From Octopus vulgaris (taxonomy: Eukaryota): a stretch of 64,000 nucleotides of DNA. Within the stretch, counting starts at the first letter, position 1, and the number at the start of each line of letters is the position of its first letter. Below, piece after piece: positions 62,404 through 64,000 of this stretch. Position numbers and translations under genes: made by a program. The DNA is taken from the NCBI GenBank assembly GCA_951406725.2, contig OX597825.1, forward strand, positions 71,362,001-71,426,000, written 5' to 3'. A model generated the notes under the pieces. The model saw only the letters and a list, made by a program, of their open reading frames with translations, did not search any database and was not told where the DNA came from.

Positions 62404-62685
62404 TAACTCATAGTAACAGGTTTTGTTGAATTTTCTGCTGCTTTAAATAAAGTATATATATATATACATATATATAAGTTCAGCAAAAATTTAGATTCAA
62501 ATAAATATGGTACTTAATTTAGATGTACCAGAATTTTGTATGGTGTTATCCATAGAAATCCGTGGGGTGATTATAATCAAAATAAGCAACAAGAATGACT
62601 CTGGTAATTTGGTATGATCGTTTCGTACTACATCATTTTATTAAATGTTGTAAGTATTACAACAGATTTAAAATGACAATTACTC

Positions 62686-62759
<74 letters not shown>

Positions 62760-63366
62760 ATATGAATGTATTAATTTCCAGTCAAATAAAGCACAGTAAA
62801 GGTAGAAGTATAAATATAGAATAGTGGTACAACAAGGCACCGATGTTTACTGGAAATAGCAGTCAATAATTTTACAACGCTATAGTAAATTACCACCTGC
62901 TATTTCCAGCAAACATTGGTGCCTAGTACAACTATTCTATATATATATATATATCATCCCCCACCTACACAGATGATGTATTTTCAGCTGCTTTGTAACA
63001 GAAGACAGTAAGACACACAGAGAAATAGGGAGTAAGAAGAGAGAGCATCCCACATAATCTACTCTACTCTTTCTAAAATAAGCTGTATGAATTCAGTACT
63101 AAAAAGTTTGTAAAACAATCCCTCCAAGTTCAGTGAAACAAGCAGGAATTAGAATTAAAATATTCACAAACTGATTATAGGAGCACAGCACTGTGTGGAT
63201 GAACAATCGAAAGAACATATGAAATTTAAGTAACTGGTGGTAATCAAAACCACATCTCATAGGATAGCTTATTTTAGTACATAGTATTCAATGTTGTAGA
63301 TTATGATGTGGTGTATACTATGTTCTAGTTTAAGATACGCTTGTTGAATGCTCTACTTTAAGACAC

Positions 63367-63792
63367 TCTTTTTACTATTTACTCTTTTACTTGTTTCAGT
63401 CATTTGACTGTGGCCATGCTGGAGCACCACCTTTCGTCGAGCAAATCGACCCCAGGTCTTATTCTTTGTAAGCCTAGTACTTATTCTATCAGTTTGTTTT
63501 GCCGAACCACTAAGTTACGGGGACGTAAACACACCAGCATCAGTTATCAAGCGATGTTGGGGGGACAAACACACACACACAAACATATGCACGCACACAC
63601 ACACACATATGTATATATACATATATATGACGGGCTTCTTTCAGTTTCCGTCTACCAAATCCACTCACAAGGCTTTGGTTGACCCGAGGCTATAGTAGAA
63701 GACACTTGCCTAAGGTGCCACGCAGTGGGACTGAACCCGTAACCATGTGGTTCGTAAGCAAGCTATTTACCACACAGCCACTCCTACGCCTA
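63367..63792 (-). mobile_element. SINE, family of 43009-43414
   Basis: Reverse-complement match including the head. Confidence 0.9.
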
Positions 63793-64000
63793 AGATATGC
63801 ATTTTACTTTGTAGTTTGAGATGTGATGAGGTATTATAAGATATGACATGGTCTATGTTCTAGTTTAAGATGGGTTTTGTGTTATGTGCTGCAGTCTCTG
63901 ATGTATTCTGTGCTCTAGTTTAATATATGTTGTGTTCTATTTAGTTGAAGGCACGTGGCTTAGTAGTTAGAGCGTCAAGCTTACGATCGTGAGGTTGTGA

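Overview
Eukaryotic, AT-rich, repeat-dense genomic DNA. It is very probably an octopus (coleoid cephalopod), inferred from the SINE/RTE-LINE repertoire and the microsatellite load, not from a database match. One protein-coding gene is well supported: a TRIM-NHL E3 ligase (RING, B-box, coiled coil, filamin, NHL repeats) on the + strand, 32428-34458. Its recognisable coding sequence sits in one ~2 kb exon, with a candidate upstream 17-nt micro-exon and a candidate 3'-UTR intron. Most of the remainder is mobile DNA: several tRNA-derived SINE families, RTE LINE fragments, a deleted mariner, TTAA (piggyBac-type) MITEs, a Helentron-type HINE, a possible solo LTR, foldback elements and microsatellites. 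Nearly all other listed ORFs are repeat artefacts. The most interesting signal read from the sequence is a set of minimal hammerhead ribozyme motifs of Penelope type. One has a fully intact core (30111-30191, minus strand) and three more cluster at 61.2-62.7 kb, next to (TA)n tracts and long palindromes. Coordinates were counted by hand and may be off by a few bases. No searches were run, so novelty cannot be established.
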